DNA from: Nitrospirota bacterium
Lineage (GTDB): Bacteria > JACPQY01
Assembly (NCBI GenBank): GCA_016190245.1
Contig: JACPQY010000024.1
Coordinates: 121,620-185,619 of the forward strand
DNA: 64,000 nucleotides
Direction of reading: 5' to 3'
The position numbers and the translations under genes are program-made. The notes below the pieces were generated by a model that was given only the letters and a program-made list of their open reading frames with translations, made no database searches and had not been told where the DNA came from. Shown here piece by piece: positions 63,218 through 64,000 of the stretch (its first letter is position 1; the number at the start of each line of letters is the position of its first letter).

Positions 63218-64000
63218 ATGCTCGCCAAGCTCGCAGAGGCCCTCACCCGCTGGAGCACGCGGTGGGTGCCGGACTCCTTCGTCATCGTTTTCATCTTGAC
63301 CCTGCTCGTGTTCGGGCTGGCCAAAGGGCTCACGCCGTCTTCGTGGTCCGCCCTTGTTCAGGGATGGGGCGACGGACTTTGGGCGCTCCTCGCGTTTTCG
63401 GCTCAGATGTGCCTCATCATGATCGCCGGGCATCTGCTGGCCAGCACCCCCGTCTTCAAGCTGATCCTGGGGCGCCTCGCGTCGTGGCCGAAGGGCCCGC
63501 GCTCGGCCATTTTTCTCGTCGCACTCACCTCGATGCTCCTCGCGCTGCTGAATTGGGGGCTCAGCCTCATCGGAAGCGCGGTTCTCGTCCGCGAGGTCGC
63601 GCGGCATCGGCGGGACACGGACTACCGCCTCATGGTGGCGAGCGGGTATCTCGGGCTGGGCGCGGTCTGGCATGCGGGTTTCTCCGGCTCGGCCCCGCTC
63701 CTCGTCGCCACGAGCGACCACTTTCTCGCCAAGCAGATCGGCGTCATCCCCATCACGCAGACGACGCTCAGTCCGTTCAATCTTACCCTGACGCTCGCAG
63801 TGCTCGTCGTCCTGAGCTTGGCGGGTATCCTTCTCCATCCCCGATCCACGGTGCCAGGCGCTCCGGTCGAGGCCCGGACCGAGTCTGGGAGTGACGCGAC
63901 GGCCGCGCCCCCTCGAACGCCTGCCGAACGCTTGGAACGATCCCCGTGGGTGACGCGCTGCCTGGCCGTTCTCGGCGTAGGGTACCTTGTCATCATCTTC
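63218..64000 (+). CDS. Short-chain fatty acid transporter, AtoE family (partial; continues past window end)
   Basis: MLAKLAEALTRWSTRWVPDSFVIVFILTLLVFGL...WGDGLWALLAFSAQMCLIMIAGHLLASTPV...VREVARHRRDTDYRLMVASGYLG... is collinear with E. coli AtoE (..SRWLPDPLIFAMLLTLLTFV..WGDGFWNLLAFGMQMALIIVTGHALASSAPV..REVARRVPGSDYPLL..). Confidence 0.8.
   Translation, partial: MLAKLAEALTRWSTRWVPDSFVIVFILTLLVFGLAKGLTPSSWSALVQGWGDGLWALLAFSAQMCLIMIAGHLLASTPVFKLILGRLASWPKGPRSAIFLVALTSMLLALLNWGLSLIGSAVLVREVARHRRDTDYRLMVASGYLGLGAVWHAGFSGSAPLLVATSDHFLAKQIGVIPITQTTLSPFNLTLTLAVLVVLSLAGILLHPRSTVPGAPVEARTESGSDATAAPPRTPAERLERSPWVTRCLAVLGVGYLVIIF

Overview
This 64-kb window is GC-rich (about 65-70 %) bacterial chromosomal DNA. 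The organism is probably diderm, judged by a TolC-like outer-membrane factor, many lipoprotein signal peptides (hydrophobic leader ending in ...GC) and the SecA translocase. The backbone is largely housekeeping or catabolic: secA (partial, minus strand), a type I-beta DAHP synthase, a GH1 beta-glycosidase, tgt, sucCD, an AtoE-like transporter, an acyl-CoA dehydrogenase, an OYE flavin oxidoreductase, an SDR epimerase, and a MerR-regulated ABC/MFP/TolC efflux set. Three accessory segments are embedded in it.
(1) An AT-richer islet at about 2.8-4.2 kb carries a HEPN/PaREP1-like gene and an overlapping vapBC pair.
(2) An island of about 11.7 kb (about 10.17-21.86 kb) lies directly after the 3-prime end of a giant Kelch-propeller surface-protein gene. 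Just outside its far border is a diverged copy of the last roughly 50 codons of that gene. The island contains a BrnA-like fragment, an ISKra4-family transposase remnant, and a cassette tightly bracketed by two roughly 140-bp direct repeats. The cassette holds (i) a 1,133-aa Eco57I/MmeI-type N6-adenine DNA methyltransferase whose TaqI_C-like specificity domain is cut by one in-frame TAG, (ii) a complete toxin-antitoxin-chaperone (TAC) module of HigB/Gp49-like toxin, XRE antitoxin and SecB-like chaperone, (iii) a DUF4143-type AAA+ ATPase, and (iv) a 1,114-aa single-HKD phospholipase-D nuclease fused to an SNF2 helicase. An intact brnTA pair sits just beyond the right border. I regard the MTase plus PLD-helicase pair as the most interesting candidate system here: an uncharacterised restriction-like or DISARM-like module, possibly now disabled.
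(3) A paralogous family of giant modular secreted proteins is present. Each has a signal peptide, GVRxG peptide repeats, a DxDGDG calcium-binding motif and CxxC-x-LDG Ig-like domains. The C-terminal beta-propeller differs between copies: Kelch in one, FG-GAP in the other. A frameshifted third copy is a pseudogene.
Other notable items are a PaaX-like regulator (winged HTH plus Cas2-like middle domain) framed by three 32-bp composite palindromes, a TetR gene with a perfect consensus leaderless promoter carrying direct repeats, a REP-like two-hairpin intergenic element present twice, and a lipoprotein-rich glycan-processing cluster (GH15-like, clan GH-A, EEP, PMT-like membrane protein, RCC1 propeller). 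No rRNA, tRNA or CRISPR array was recognised.
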